Source: Candidatus Adiutrix sp.
GTDB taxonomy: Bacteria; Desulfobacterota; Desulfarculia; Adiutricales; Adiutricaceae
Length of the DNA stretch: 64,000 bases
Assembly (NCBI GenBank): GCA_031553735.1
Contig: JAVBLB010000007.1
Span: 30,348-94,347, forward strand
Direction: 5' to 3'
Each line of letters starts with the position of its first letter. The first letter of the stretch is position 1. Shown here one piece after another: positions 26,821 to 36,012 of the stretch. Under the pieces are notes generated by a model that was given only the letters and a program-made list of their open reading frames with translations, had not been told where the DNA came from and did not search any database. Made by a program: the position numbers and the translations under genes.

Positions 26821-26855
26821 AGGCCCTGATATTTTACGGCTGAATATCAGGGCCT
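26821..26855 (+). terminator. stem-loop downstream of gatA (candidate terminator)
   Basis: AGGCCCTGATATT - 9-nt loop - AATATCAGGGCCT, a perfect 13-bp stem 30 nt after the gatA stop. Only a weak T-tract (TTAT) follows. Confidence 0.5.
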
Positions 26856-26964
26856 TATGCTATCGACCGGTCAGGCTTGGATCTTGCTTCCAAAGCAAGT
26901 CATCCCCTGTGAATCGGCGAATGAATCTCAAACAAACGTTTTATTTTTTTTCGGAGTCTGAATA

Positions 26965-28791
26965 ATGTGCGGCATCATCGGTCTGATCAGTGAACATCGC
27001 GACGTGGTCCCCGAACTCATGGCCGGCCTGGGCCGCCTGGAATACCGGGGCTACGACTCCGCCGGCCTGGCCACCCTGGACGCCGGGGGCCGGATCGCCC
27101 GCCGCCGGGCCCAGGGCAAACTGAGCGCCCTGGCCGAACTGCTCGAGCGGGAACCCCTGACCGGCTCCATCGGCCTGGGCCACACCCGCTGGGCCACCCA
27201 CGGCGCGCCCAACGAAACCAACGCCCACCCCCACGCCACGGCCGAGGCGGCGGTGATCCACAACGGCATCATCGAAAACTTCCAGGATCTCAAGCGCCAG
27301 TTGCAGGCCAATGGCCACCGCTTCGAAACCCAGACCGACAGCGAGGTGGTGGTTCACCTGGTCAGCCAGAAAATACGGGAGGGCCTGGAACCGGCGGCGG
27401 CGGTGGGGGCCACCCTGCCCCTGCTGGAAGGCGCCTTCGCCCTGGTCTTTCTCTTCGCCAACCACCCGGATCTCCTGATCGGGGCCCGGCGGGGCTCGCC
27501 CCTGGCCGTGGGCTACGGCGAGGGGGAGATGGCCCTGGGCTCCGACGCCCTGGCCATCGGCCCTTTCTGCCGTCAACTGACCTATCTGGAGGACGGCGAC
27601 TGGGCCGTGGTCACCAAAGGTTCGGTCGCCATTTTCGATGAATCCGGGCGCCCCGTCCAGCGGCCGGTGAACCCCTCCTCGGTGGCCGCGCTGAACCTCG
27701 GCAAAGGCGGCTACCGCCACTACATGCTCAAGGAAATCCACGAACAGCCCCAGGTCATGGGCGACACCCTCAACACCATGATCGATCCGGTCACCGGCCA
27801 GGTGGCCCTGCCGCGCCTGCCGGAACTGAAGCGGACCCGGCGGCTGACCGTGGTGGCCTGCGGCACTTCCTATTACGCGGCCCTGATCGGCAAATACTGG
27901 ATCGAAAAATTGGCCCGGCTGCCGGTGGACGTGGATGTGGCCTCCGAATTCCGCTACCGCGACCCGGTGCTGGGTCCGGACCAGGTGGCCCTGTTCATCT
28001 CCCAGTCCGGCGAGACGGCCGACACCCTGGCCGCCCTGCGCCACTGCCGTCGGGCCGGCCAGGGCATCATGAGCATCGTCAACGTCCAGGAGAGCACCAT
28101 CGCCCGCGAATCGGACGTGGTGCTGCCCACCGTGGCCGGGCCGGAATTCGGCGTGGCCTCCACCAAGGCCTTCACCGCCCAGTTGACCCTCCTGGCCGCC
28201 CTGGCCCTGGTCCTGGCCAGCCACCGGGGCCACCTGGACCGGGCCGAGGAAACCCGCCTGGTCCGGGCCCTGATGGAGGTTCCGGCCCTGGCCGCCGATA
28301 TCCTCCACGACACTGTCCACCTGGAGCACCTGGCCCGCGAGTTGGTCGCCCCGGCCCGCGACGTCCTGTTCCTGGGGCGGGGCCCCAGCTTCCCCATCGC
28401 CCTGGAGGGGGCCCTGAAGCTGAAGGAAATCTCCTACATCCACGCCGAAGGCTATGCCGCCGGCGAGATCAAGCACGGCCCCATCGCCCTGGTGGACGAA
28501 AACGTGCCGGTCATCGTCGTGGCTCCCTCCGACCCCCTTTTCGCCAAGACGGCCTCCAACCTCTCCGAAGTCAACGCCCGGGGCGGCCGGACCATCTTCA
28601 TCGGCGACGAGGACGGCCTGGCCCAGCTCTCCGGGCTGGCCGGGCACCTGGCGATGCCCCGGGTCGACCCCTTCGTGGCCCCGCTCATCTACGCCTTGCC
28701 GGTGCAGCTCCTGGCCTATTACGCCGCCGTGGCCAAAGGCACCGACGTCGATCAGCCCCGCAACCTGGCCAAGAGCGTCACCGTGGAATAG
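26965..28791 (+). CDS. glmS: glutamine--fructose-6-phosphate aminotransferase (isomerizing)
   Basis: 608 aa. MCGIIGL N-terminal nucleophile, two SIS domains, and the C-terminal ...NLAKSVTVE. Confidence 0.97.
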   Translation: MCGIIGLISEHRDVVPELMAGLGRLEYRGYDSAGLATLDAGGRIARRRAQGKLSALAELLEREPLTGSIGLGHTRWATHGAPNETNAHPHATAEAAVIHNGIIENFQDLKRQLQANGHRFETQTDSEVVVHLVSQKIREGLEPAAAVGATLPLLEGAFALVFLFANHPDLLIGARRGSPLAVGYGEGEMALGSDALAIGPFCRQLTYLEDGDWAVVTKGSVAIFDESGRPVQRPVNPSSVAALNLGKGGYRHYMLKEIHEQPQVMGDTLNTMIDPVTGQVALPRLPELKRTRRLTVVACGTSYYAALIGKYWIEKLARLPVDVDVASEFRYRDPVLGPDQVALFISQSGETADTLAALRHCRRAGQGIMSIVNVQESTIARESDVVLPTVAGPEFGVASTKAFTAQLTLLAALALVLASHRGHLDRAEETRLVRALMEVPALAADILHDTVHLEHLARELVAPARDVLFLGRGPSFPIALEGALKLKEISYIHAEGYAAGEIKHGPIALVDENVPVIVVAPSDPLFAKTASNLSEVNARGGRTIFIGDEDGLAQLSGLAGHLAMPRVDPFVAPLIYALPVQLLAYYAAVAKGTDVDQPRNLAKSVTVE

Positions 28792-28836
28792 GCGGCGGCT
28801 CCCGCCTCGGAAGGCGGCGCGACGCCGCACCTTCGT

Positions 28837-28945
28837 AAGGTGAGGAGGCGATTCAGCCCGACAAAACGAGTCTGCGGGGACCTGTTCCCGGACGACCGAA
28901 CCTTGGCCGGACCGCTCTTCGGCAGCGCACGGCTCCATTAGGGGC
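28837..28945 (+). repeat. dispersed intergenic repeat family B, copy (downstream of glmS)
   Basis: AAGGTGAGGAGGCGATTCAGCC...CTGTTCCCGGACGACCGAACC...CTCTTCGGCAGCGCACGGCTCCATTAGGGG. It aligns with 35928-36011. Confidence 0.65.
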
Positions 28946-29116
28946 GCTGAAAACAGTTATTGAATTATCCCGCGCCCTTCTCTACAATGGGGGCAGGTGT
29001 CGACAGCCGCGCCCCGAAAAGGCGATGCGTCGCCGCGACCGCCTTATCGGAACGGGTCGCGCCGACCGGGACGGCGGTTCGGTCGCCTCCGATTTTTTTA
29101 TGGAGGTAGGGCGGTA

Positions 29117-32100
29117 ATGGAGTTTCTCGCTTTTCTGGCCATCGCCTTTCCGCTGCTCTGGACCATTCTGCTGATCGTCCTGGTGAGCCGGAGCGGCGAG
29201 GTCGGCGAAGCCGTCCGGCGGCTGCAGGGCCTGGAGGGGCGGCTGAACCGGGACGCCCTCGACCTCTCCCAAATACTGGCCCGCCTGGACCGTCTGGATC
29301 AGGCTCTCCAGGGTCGGCCGCCCGTCGTCCCCAGCGCCTCGGCCGCCGCCGAAACCCACCCGCCGTCCGCGACCCCGGCCGAAGCCCCGCTTTCGCCGCC
29401 GACGGCCGCCGAAGCACGCCCACCGGCCGTCCCGGACGACAGGCCGCTCCCCCCTCCCCCACTCTGGGCCCCGGACACGGAAGCGGGCCGGACGGACGCC
29501 GAAACGCGCCCGCCGGCCAGCACGGACGATATGCCGCTCCCGCCTCCCCCGCTCTGGGCCCCGGCCCCGGAAACGGGCCGGACGGACGCCGAAACGCGTC
29601 CCCCGGCCGTCCCGGACGATCTGCCGCTCCCGCCTCCCCCGCTCTGGACTCCGGATGCCGAAGCGGGTCGGGCGGATGCCCCGGCGGCCGCCACCGAAGC
29701 GCGGCCGCCGATCGCAGAGACGCCCCCGGCCCGCCCCGCCGCCGAAGAGCCCCCTTCGCCGCGAGGCCGCGCCGTCCCTTCGCCGCTCTCCGTCCGGGTC
29801 TCGATTCCGGCGGAACCGCCGGTCGCCACGGAGCCGGGCCCCCTGGCCCGGGCCTCCCGGGCCGCCCTCGATTTTCTGATGCGGGAGGGGCACTTCTGGG
29901 TGGCCGCCGGCCTTCTGGTGCTGTTTCTGGGGGCCACCTTCCTGGTGCGCTACACCATCGCCATGGGCTGGTTCACCCCGGCTATGCGGCTGATCAGCAC
30001 CTTCCTGGTGGGGCTGGCCCTGACCGGCATCGGCCTGGCCGTCCGGCGCCGGCGGCAGACCTGGGCCCTGGCCGTCCAGGGCGGCGGCCTGGGGCTGATG
30101 TATCTGACCATCGTGGCCTCGGTGCGGGTCTATGAACTGGTGGGGCAATCCCCGGCCCTGGCGGTGATGACCCTTCTGGTGGTGGTCACGGCCCTCCTGG
30201 CCCTGTGGCAGAATTCCCAGATCGTGGCTCACCTGAGTCTGGTGGCCGCCTTCGTGGCCCCGCTCTTGGTGTCCTCCGGCCAGAACAACTTCGTGGGACT
30301 TTTTTCCTTCCACACCATTCTCAATCTCGGCATCCTGGGCCTGGTGCAGGTCCGCCCCTGGCGCCGCCTCTACCTGACCGGTTTCACTCTCAGCTTCGGC
30401 ATCTTCGCCACCTGGGTCCAGCTCTGGTATCAGCCGCCCATGTTCAACGGGGCGGCCCCCTTTCTGATCGCTTTCTACCTTTTTTATGTCTTCATCGGCC
30501 TGCGGACCGCCGCCGGCGACGGCCTGGCATCCGCTTCCGCTTTCAGTACCGAAGGCCGCTGGCCCCGCTTCCGCACCGACCTGACCCTGACGGTCCTGGC
30601 CCCGGTGCTGTTCCTGTCGCTGATGGCCGCCATGGCCGACCGGCCGTTCATTCTGGCCGGGACGGCGGCCGGGATGGGTCTTCTCTACCTGGCCCTGGGT
30701 TTCGGGCTGCGGGCGCGGCACCTGCCCCCGCTGATCGCCAAAGTGATTCTCTGGGAAGCCCTGATCTGCCTGAACCTCGGCCTGGCCCTCTTTCTGTTTG
30801 ACCGGGGCCAGCCCTGGGCGGGCCTGAGCCAATGGACGATCCTGAGCCTGACCTGGTCCCTGGAGGGCGCACTCCTGGGCTTCATCGGGGCCAGCCAGGG
30901 CAAGGCCGAAGCCCGGGTCTTCAGTCTGATCTGCCTGAGCCTGGCCGCCCTCTTCACCCTCGGAGCCCTGGACACCCGGCTGGATGCGCCTTCCACGGGC
31001 CTGGTCTCCCAGTTCTTCGTCGCTTCGCTGGTTCTGGGCGGGGCCATGATCCACGCGGCCTGGTCCCGCCTCAATTTCAGCCCCGACCCGGAAGCCGACC
31101 GCCGCCGGCAACCGGCCCTGCTGATGCTGGGGGTGGCCGCCTGGACCCTGGGCGCGGTGCTGGAAACCGCGCGCCTGGTCGACGTCTTCGGCTCCCAATT
31201 CGCTCTGGCCTGGCTGGTGACGGCGGGAAGCCTCATGAGCCTGGTTCTCCTGGGTCTGGGGCGGCGCCTGCCCATCCTCCTGACCGTGGGGCGGGTGCCC
31301 CGGGCGGAGGGGGACGGAACGACCGAGGGCCCGCCGTTCCTGGTCCTGGCTCAGGGGCTGGTCATGATCCTGACCCTGTGGCAGACCCTGACCGGCCTGA
31401 GCCTCTTTCTCTTCGGCACCACGCCTATCCCGGCCACGGACATCGACCTCTTCACCGGCCTGGCCTGGGGGCTGATGTTCCTCTCGCAGGCCCTGGCCAT
31501 CGCCGAAGCCCGGCGCTACGGCCCGGCCCGCCTCTGGGCCAACGCCTGGGGCCTGGCTCTGGCCGTCATCGGCGGGCGGGTTCTCCTGGCCCTGGCTCAG
31601 GCCGCGCATTTTCCGGAAGCCTGGTGGGGGCCGGCCCGGCTCCTGCCGGTGCTGCTGCTTTTGGCCTTCTTCCTGCGTCCCCCGAAACGGCCCCTCTTCG
31701 AGGATCTTGATTTTTTCCGCCCCCTGGTCTGCGTCCTGGGCGGCCTGTCACTATGGCGGTTCCTGGTTCTGATCGCCGATCCGGCCGCCGGGCCGGACTT
31801 CCGGCCCTACGTCCCGGTGCTGAACGCGGTGGATTTCTTTCAGGCGGCCAGCTGCGTTCTGCCCCTGGCCACCCTGTACCGCCACATCTGGCCCGCGCTC
31901 ACGGATCAGCGCCGCTGGGCGATCTACGCCCTGGGCATTCTCCTGTTCGTCTGGCTGAATCTGGTTCTGGGGCGGTCGGTGCACCACTATGCCGGGGTGC
32001 CCTACGAGGCGGCCGCCCTGTTCCGCAGCAGCCACTTCCAGGGAGCCTGCGCCCTGGTCTGGGGGGTGGTGGGCATCGGGACCATGATCACCGGGCACCG

Positions 32101-32338
32101 GGCCGGCCGCCGGCTCCAGTGGCTTCTGGGCGCGGCCCTGATGGCCATGGACCTGGCCAAGATCTTTTTCATCGACCTGTCCCGGGCCGGCACCGTGGCC
32201 CGCATTGTCTCGTTTGTGGCGGTGGGCCTTCTGCTGATCCTGGTGGGATATTTCGCCCCCCTGCCGCCGTCGGAAACCCGAAAGCCGGAGGCGGAAGACG
32301 GGCTGACCGGCGGTTCGCCGACTGTTGAAGCGGGCTGA
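29117..32338 (+). CDS. large polytopic membrane protein (DUF2339-like) with N-terminal coiled-coil and Pro-rich repeats
   Basis: I start at the ATG at 29117 (RBS GGAGGTAGGG; the track ORF begins at 28997). One N-terminal TM, a coiled segment, three 30-aa Pro-rich repeats, then more than 20 hydrophobic segments. The DUF2339 call rests on my memory of that architecture. Confidence 0.6.
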   Translation: MEFLAFLAIAFPLLWTILLIVLVSRSGEVGEAVRRLQGLEGRLNRDALDLSQILARLDRLDQALQGRPPVVPSASAAAETHPPSATPAEAPLSPPTAAEARPPAVPDDRPLPPPPLWAPDTEAGRTDAETRPPASTDDMPLPPPPLWAPAPETGRTDAETRPPAVPDDLPLPPPPLWTPDAEAGRADAPAAATEARPPIAETPPARPAAEEPPSPRGRAVPSPLSVRVSIPAEPPVATEPGPLARASRAALDFLMREGHFWVAAGLLVLFLGATFLVRYTIAMGWFTPAMRLISTFLVGLALTGIGLAVRRRRQTWALAVQGGGLGLMYLTIVASVRVYELVGQSPALAVMTLLVVVTALLALWQNSQIVAHLSLVAAFVAPLLVSSGQNNFVGLFSFHTILNLGILGLVQVRPWRRLYLTGFTLSFGIFATWVQLWYQPPMFNGAAPFLIAFYLFYVFIGLRTAAGDGLASASAFSTEGRWPRFRTDLTLTVLAPVLFLSLMAAMADRPFILAGTAAGMGLLYLALGFGLRARHLPPLIAKVILWEALICLNLGLALFLFDRGQPWAGLSQWTILSLTWSLEGALLGFIGASQGKAEARVFSLICLSLAALFTLGALDTRLDAPSTGLVSQFFVASLVLGGAMIHAAWSRLNFSPDPEADRRRQPALLMLGVAAWTLGAVLETARLVDVFGSQFALAWLVTAGSLMSLVLLGLGRRLPILLTVGRVPRAEGDGTTEGPPFLVLAQGLVMILTLWQTLTGLSLFLFGTTPIPATDIDLFTGLAWGLMFLSQALAIAEARRYGPARLWANAWGLALAVIGGRVLLALAQAAHFPEAWWGPARLLPVLLLLAFFLRPPKRPLFEDLDFFRPLVCVLGGLSLWRFLVLIADPAAGPDFRPYVPVLNAVDFFQAASCVLPLATLYRHIWPALTDQRRWAIYALGILLFVWLNLVLGRSVHHYAGVPYEAAALFRSSHFQGACALVWGVVGIGTMITGHRAGRRLQWLLGAALMAMDLAKIFFIDLSRAGTVARIVSFVAVGLLLILVGYFAPLPPSETRKPEAEDGLTGGSPTVEAG
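29414..29683 (+). repeat. 3 x 90-bp in-frame tandem repeat (coding)
   Basis: Encodes ARPPAVPDDRPLPPPPLWAPDTEAGRTDAE / TRPPASTDDMPLPPPPLWAPAPETGRTDAE / TRPPAVPDDLPLPPPPLWTPDAEAGRADAP. Confidence 0.85.
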
Positions 32339-32357
32339 GCCGAAGCAAGGAGAAAAC

Positions 32358-33125
32358 ATGAAAATCGCGGCCAGCGACTATGACGGAACTCTCTTCCGAC
32401 GAGGCCGGGTCAGCCGGGAGGACCTGGAGGCCATCGCCGCCTGGCGGCAGCGCGGCCACCTGTTCGCGCTGGCCACCGGGCGCGACCTGAACCTGACCCG
32501 GGTGGAAGTCGAAGAGCGCGGCATTCCCGTGGACTACCTGGTCTGCAGCACCGGCGCGGCCGTCTTCGAGCCGGATTACCGGCCCGTCCACCTGTTCTCC
32601 CTGCCTCCCGGGGCGGCGGAACTGATCATCGACCACCCGGCGACCCAGGACAGCCGCTATTTCGTGTTCTCCAGGGCCGGACAGACCTATATCGACCTCC
32701 ATTCCTCTGAATCGTGGCTCACCGGGCTGAAACTGCCCCTGACCCCCGTCGACACCAGGCAAGCCCGGAGCTTGACCGGGCTGCAGCAGATCAGCCTGGA
32801 ATTCCCCGACGCGGAAACGGCCGCGCGCGGCGCGACCGCCCTCAACCGGGACCTGGGCCCGACCATGTACGCCCAGTTGAGCGGCTTCTGCGTGGACGTC
32901 GTGCCGGCCGGGGCCACCAAGGCCGAAGGGCTGAGCCTTTTGATCGAACTGAAGAAGCTGGCCGTCGACGATGTTCTGACCATCGGCGACAGCGAGAACG
33001 ATCTCTCCATGCTGCGGCGCTTCCACGGCTACGCCATCAGCGGCGCCCCTGAGGAGGTCCTGGCCGCGGCCCGTTCGGTGGCCGACAGCCCCGCGGCCAT
33101 GCTCTGGGAGAATCTGGAAACCTGA
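32358..33125 (+). CDS. HAD-superfamily (Cof-type) phosphatase
   Basis: MKIAASDYDGTL (DxDGT motif I), ATGR, GDSENDLSM (motif IV). The ATG at 32358 has the RBS AAGGAGAA. Confidence 0.8.
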   Translation: MKIAASDYDGTLFRRGRVSREDLEAIAAWRQRGHLFALATGRDLNLTRVEVEERGIPVDYLVCSTGAAVFEPDYRPVHLFSLPPGAAELIIDHPATQDSRYFVFSRAGQTYIDLHSSESWLTGLKLPLTPVDTRQARSLTGLQQISLEFPDAETAARGATALNRDLGPTMYAQLSGFCVDVVPAGATKAEGLSLLIELKKLAVDDVLTIGDSENDLSMLRRFHGYAISGAPEEVLAAARSVADSPAAMLWENLET

Positions 33126-33301
33126 CCGACCTTTGGATACAGCTTCGGCGGCTAAACATATTCCTTCTCGGTCGACCAAAGTCTTGTGATTTGGGGCTTT
33201 GACCAAATCACTCCGAAAAAGTTTAGTCGGCGGGTCAATACCGCCGCGACGGCCGCACCCGTCGCGGCGCCGCAAGCCCCCCCCGGGGCGGGAACACCCA
33301 T

Positions 33302-35857
33302 ATGAAACGCGCGGAACGCCCTAAAAACGACGCCGACCCCCTCCGCCCCCCGGCGGGCGGCCTGGCTTCCAAGATCATCCTCTCCACCTGCCTGATGTTC
33401 GTCGTCGTCATCGTCGTCGTCGTGGCCATCAGCTATCGGATGTACAAAGACGCGTTCTACGACTACGGCAACGCGCTCTGCCTCAGCAGCAACGCCCTGG
33501 CCGCCTACGCCATCGACGGCGACCAGGTGCGGCATTTCGCCGAAACGCTCACCGTCGACGAGGAATACGAAAAATTCGCCGCCCGCCTCGACGAACTGTC
33601 CGGCAAGATCAACGCCAAGTATTTCTACATCCTCTTTGACAACGGCGTTCCCGGCATGTACACCTATATCTACGACGCCACCCACAGCCAGGAATTTCCG
33701 GGCGAAAAATACGCCCTGGGCCGGGAAGAGACCAAGGACGAATACGAGGGCGCGGCTGAGGTGCTGGCCACGGGCCGGGGTTTCGAAAAGGCGCTGTATT
33801 ACAACGACTATTACGGCGAACTGTATTACGCCTACGCCCCGATCTTCGATTCCCGGGGCCGGGTGGTGGCTTTCCTGGGCACCGACGCGGACATCACCCC
33901 GCTGCACGCCCAGGTGGCCCGCTACCGCCTGGTCATCACCGGGGTCTTGGTCCTGGCGATGTTGATCTTCGCGGTCATCGACTTCATCGTCATCCGGCGC
34001 ATGCTCTCCGGGCCCCTGACGGATATCGGCCGCCAGGCTCTGAGCCTGGCCCGGGGGGATCTGAACCTGAAAATTTCCGGGCGGATGCTCCAGCGGGGCG
34101 ATGAGATCGGCCGCCTGGCCGGGGCCTTTGACAGCATGGCCCGCAGCATCGCCGGGGTGGTTTTGGACATCGAGCACCTGATGAAGGCGGTCCGCGAAGG
34201 CCGCCTGGACGAACGCGCGGACAGTTCCGTCTACCAGGGGGATTACCACCGCATCATCTCCGGGGTCAACAATACCCTGGAGATGACCGGCCGCCATTTC
34301 GACGCCCTGCCGGAGGCCATCGCCTTTTTCAACGCCCGCTTCAACCTGCTGTACCGGAACCGAAACCTGCGCGCCCTGATGGATCTGCACGGTTTTGAAG
34401 CCGAGGGCTCCACCTTCCCGGGGGACATTTTGGCCGCCGGGGGGCAAGCCGGCCAGGCGGCCGACCTGGCCCGGCTGTTCGGCGGGGACCGGCGGGAGCC
34501 CCTGTTGCTGGACCTGCATCTGAAACCGCGGGACGGCGGCGAGCCGCGCCACTATGCGGCCGTGTTTCTCCGCGCGGATTCCGCCGCCGATTCGGCGGAA
34601 GAGGCGGATCAGGCCTGCGTCATGCTGGTGCTGACCGACATGACCCCGCTGGTCCGGGCCAAAAACGAGGCCGAAGCGGCCAGCCGGGCCAAGAGCGATT
34701 TTCTTTCCCGCATGAGCCATGAGATCCGCACCCCCATGAACGCCATCATCGGCCTGACCCAGTTGGCCTTCGGCTCGCGGGACTTCGAAAAGGTGGACGC
34801 CTCCCTCAGGCAGATCGAGGATTCGTCGTTGCATCTTCTGGGCATCATCAACGACATCCTGGATTTTTCCAAGATCGAGGCCGGCAAGATGACCCTGGAG
34901 GCCCGGGAGTTTTCGCTCCGGCAGAACACCGACTTCGTGATCTCCATGGTTGAATCGAAAGCCCTGGAGAAAAAGATCGACATCGCCCTCGGCGTGGTCG
35001 GGCTCGACCATGAATACGTGACCGCCGATTCGCTGCGGCTGAACCAGGTGCTGATCAACCTTTTGTCCAACGCCGTCAAGTTCTCCCCCGTCGGCGGCCG
35101 CATCAATCTGACCCTGGAGGAAGTCTCCCACGACGGGGGCCGAAGCGTCTTCCGCTACACCGTGCGGGACCAGGGCATCGGCATCGATCCCCGGCAGACC
35201 GGCCGGCTTTTCCAGCCCTTCGAACAGGCCGACGAAAGCGTCAGCCGCTCATACGGCGGCACCGGGCTCGGGCTGGTCATCGCCAGGAGCATCGTCGAAG
35301 CCATGGGCGGACAGATCGGGGTGGAGAGCCAGCCGGGGCGCGGCAGCGCGTTTTTCTTCACCATCGACGTCCCGGCCGCCGCTTCGCCCTCCCGGACGGA
35401 GCCGGCTCCGGGCCGGCCCAAAAAAACGATCCCCAAAAAGGATTTCTCCGGGCGCCGGGCCCTGATCGTGGACGACATCGACCTGAACCGGAAGATCGTG
35501 GTCGAACTCCTGGGCCGCAACGGCCTGGCTTCCGACGAAGCCGGCAACGGCCGGGAAGCCGTGGAGCTGTTCCAGCGCTCGCCCGTGGGATATTACGATT
35601 ACATCCTGATGGATATGCTGATGCCGGTCATGGACGGCTGCGAGGCCGCCCGGGCCATCCGGGCCCTCTCGCGGGCCGACGCGGCCACGGTGCGCATCGT
35701 CGCCATGACCGCCAACGTCATGAAGGAGGATGTGGACAAGGCCCTGGCCGCCGGCATGAACGCCCACGCCGGAAAGCCCGTGAACCTTCGCGAACTTTTG
35801 GAAGCCCTGGCCCCGGCCATCCCGGACGAGACCGCGACGGCTCCGGAAACCGACTGA
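33302..35857 (+). CDS. hybrid sensor histidine kinase (extracytoplasmic Cache-like domain, HAMP, HisKA, HATPase, receiver)
   Basis: 851 aa. H-box FLSRMSHEIRTPMNAI, N-box LNQVLINLLSNAVKF, G-boxes DQGIGI / GGTGLGLVI, and a receiver with LIVDDIDLN..DYILMDMLMPVMDG..AMTAN. Confidence 0.9.
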   Translation: MKRAERPKNDADPLRPPAGGLASKIILSTCLMFVVVIVVVVAISYRMYKDAFYDYGNALCLSSNALAAYAIDGDQVRHFAETLTVDEEYEKFAARLDELSGKINAKYFYILFDNGVPGMYTYIYDATHSQEFPGEKYALGREETKDEYEGAAEVLATGRGFEKALYYNDYYGELYYAYAPIFDSRGRVVAFLGTDADITPLHAQVARYRLVITGVLVLAMLIFAVIDFIVIRRMLSGPLTDIGRQALSLARGDLNLKISGRMLQRGDEIGRLAGAFDSMARSIAGVVLDIEHLMKAVREGRLDERADSSVYQGDYHRIISGVNNTLEMTGRHFDALPEAIAFFNARFNLLYRNRNLRALMDLHGFEAEGSTFPGDILAAGGQAGQAADLARLFGGDRREPLLLDLHLKPRDGGEPRHYAAVFLRADSAADSAEEADQACVMLVLTDMTPLVRAKNEAEAASRAKSDFLSRMSHEIRTPMNAIIGLTQLAFGSRDFEKVDASLRQIEDSSLHLLGIINDILDFSKIEAGKMTLEAREFSLRQNTDFVISMVESKALEKKIDIALGVVGLDHEYVTADSLRLNQVLINLLSNAVKFSPVGGRINLTLEEVSHDGGRSVFRYTVRDQGIGIDPRQTGRLFQPFEQADESVSRSYGGTGLGLVIARSIVEAMGGQIGVESQPGRGSAFFFTIDVPAAASPSRTEPAPGRPKKTIPKKDFSGRRALIVDDIDLNRKIVVELLGRNGLASDEAGNGREAVELFQRSPVGYYDYILMDMLMPVMDGCEAARAIRALSRADAATVRIVAMTANVMKEDVDKALAAGMNAHAGKPVNLRELLEALAPAIPDETATAPETD

Positions 35858-35876
35858 CCGGGGCCGGATGCGAAAA

Positions 35877-35924
35877 CCGCCCGACATCCGCGAGGGCAAG
35901 CCTCGCGGATGTCGGGCGGTTTTG
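35877..35924 (+). terminator. Rho-independent terminator after the hybrid kinase gene
   Basis: CCGCCCGACATCCGCGAGG - GCAAG - CCTCGCGGATGTCGGGCGG followed by TTTTG. This is a 19-bp perfect stem, 20 nt after the stop. Confidence 0.85.
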
Positions 35925-35927
35925 TAT

Positions 35928-36011
35928 AAGGTGAGAAGGCGATTCAGCCTGTTCCCGGACGACCAATTTTCGGGCAAACCGCTTTTCGGCGGCGCATTGC
36001 CCCATTCGGGG
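35928..36011 (+). repeat. dispersed intergenic repeat family B, copy
   Basis: AAGGTGAGAAGGCGATTCAGCCTGTTCCCGGACGACCAATTTTCGGGCAAACCGCTTTTCGGCGGCGCATTGCCCCATTCGGGG. Confidence 0.65.
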
Positions 36012-36012
36012 C

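Noticed and set aside
26790-26964. glmS ribozyme upstream of glmS
   Set aside because: The leader is short and AT-rich with two simple hairpins. It shows none of the conserved glmS ribozyme core, and that ribozyme is essentially confined to Gram-positive lineages.
33398-33424. GTC/ATC trinucleotide run (gttcgtcgtcgtcatcgtcgtcgtcgtg) in the hybrid kinase gene
   Set aside because: It encodes the Val/Ile-rich first transmembrane helix (FVVVIVVVVAI). It is short and in-frame, so I do not treat it as a phase-variation tract.
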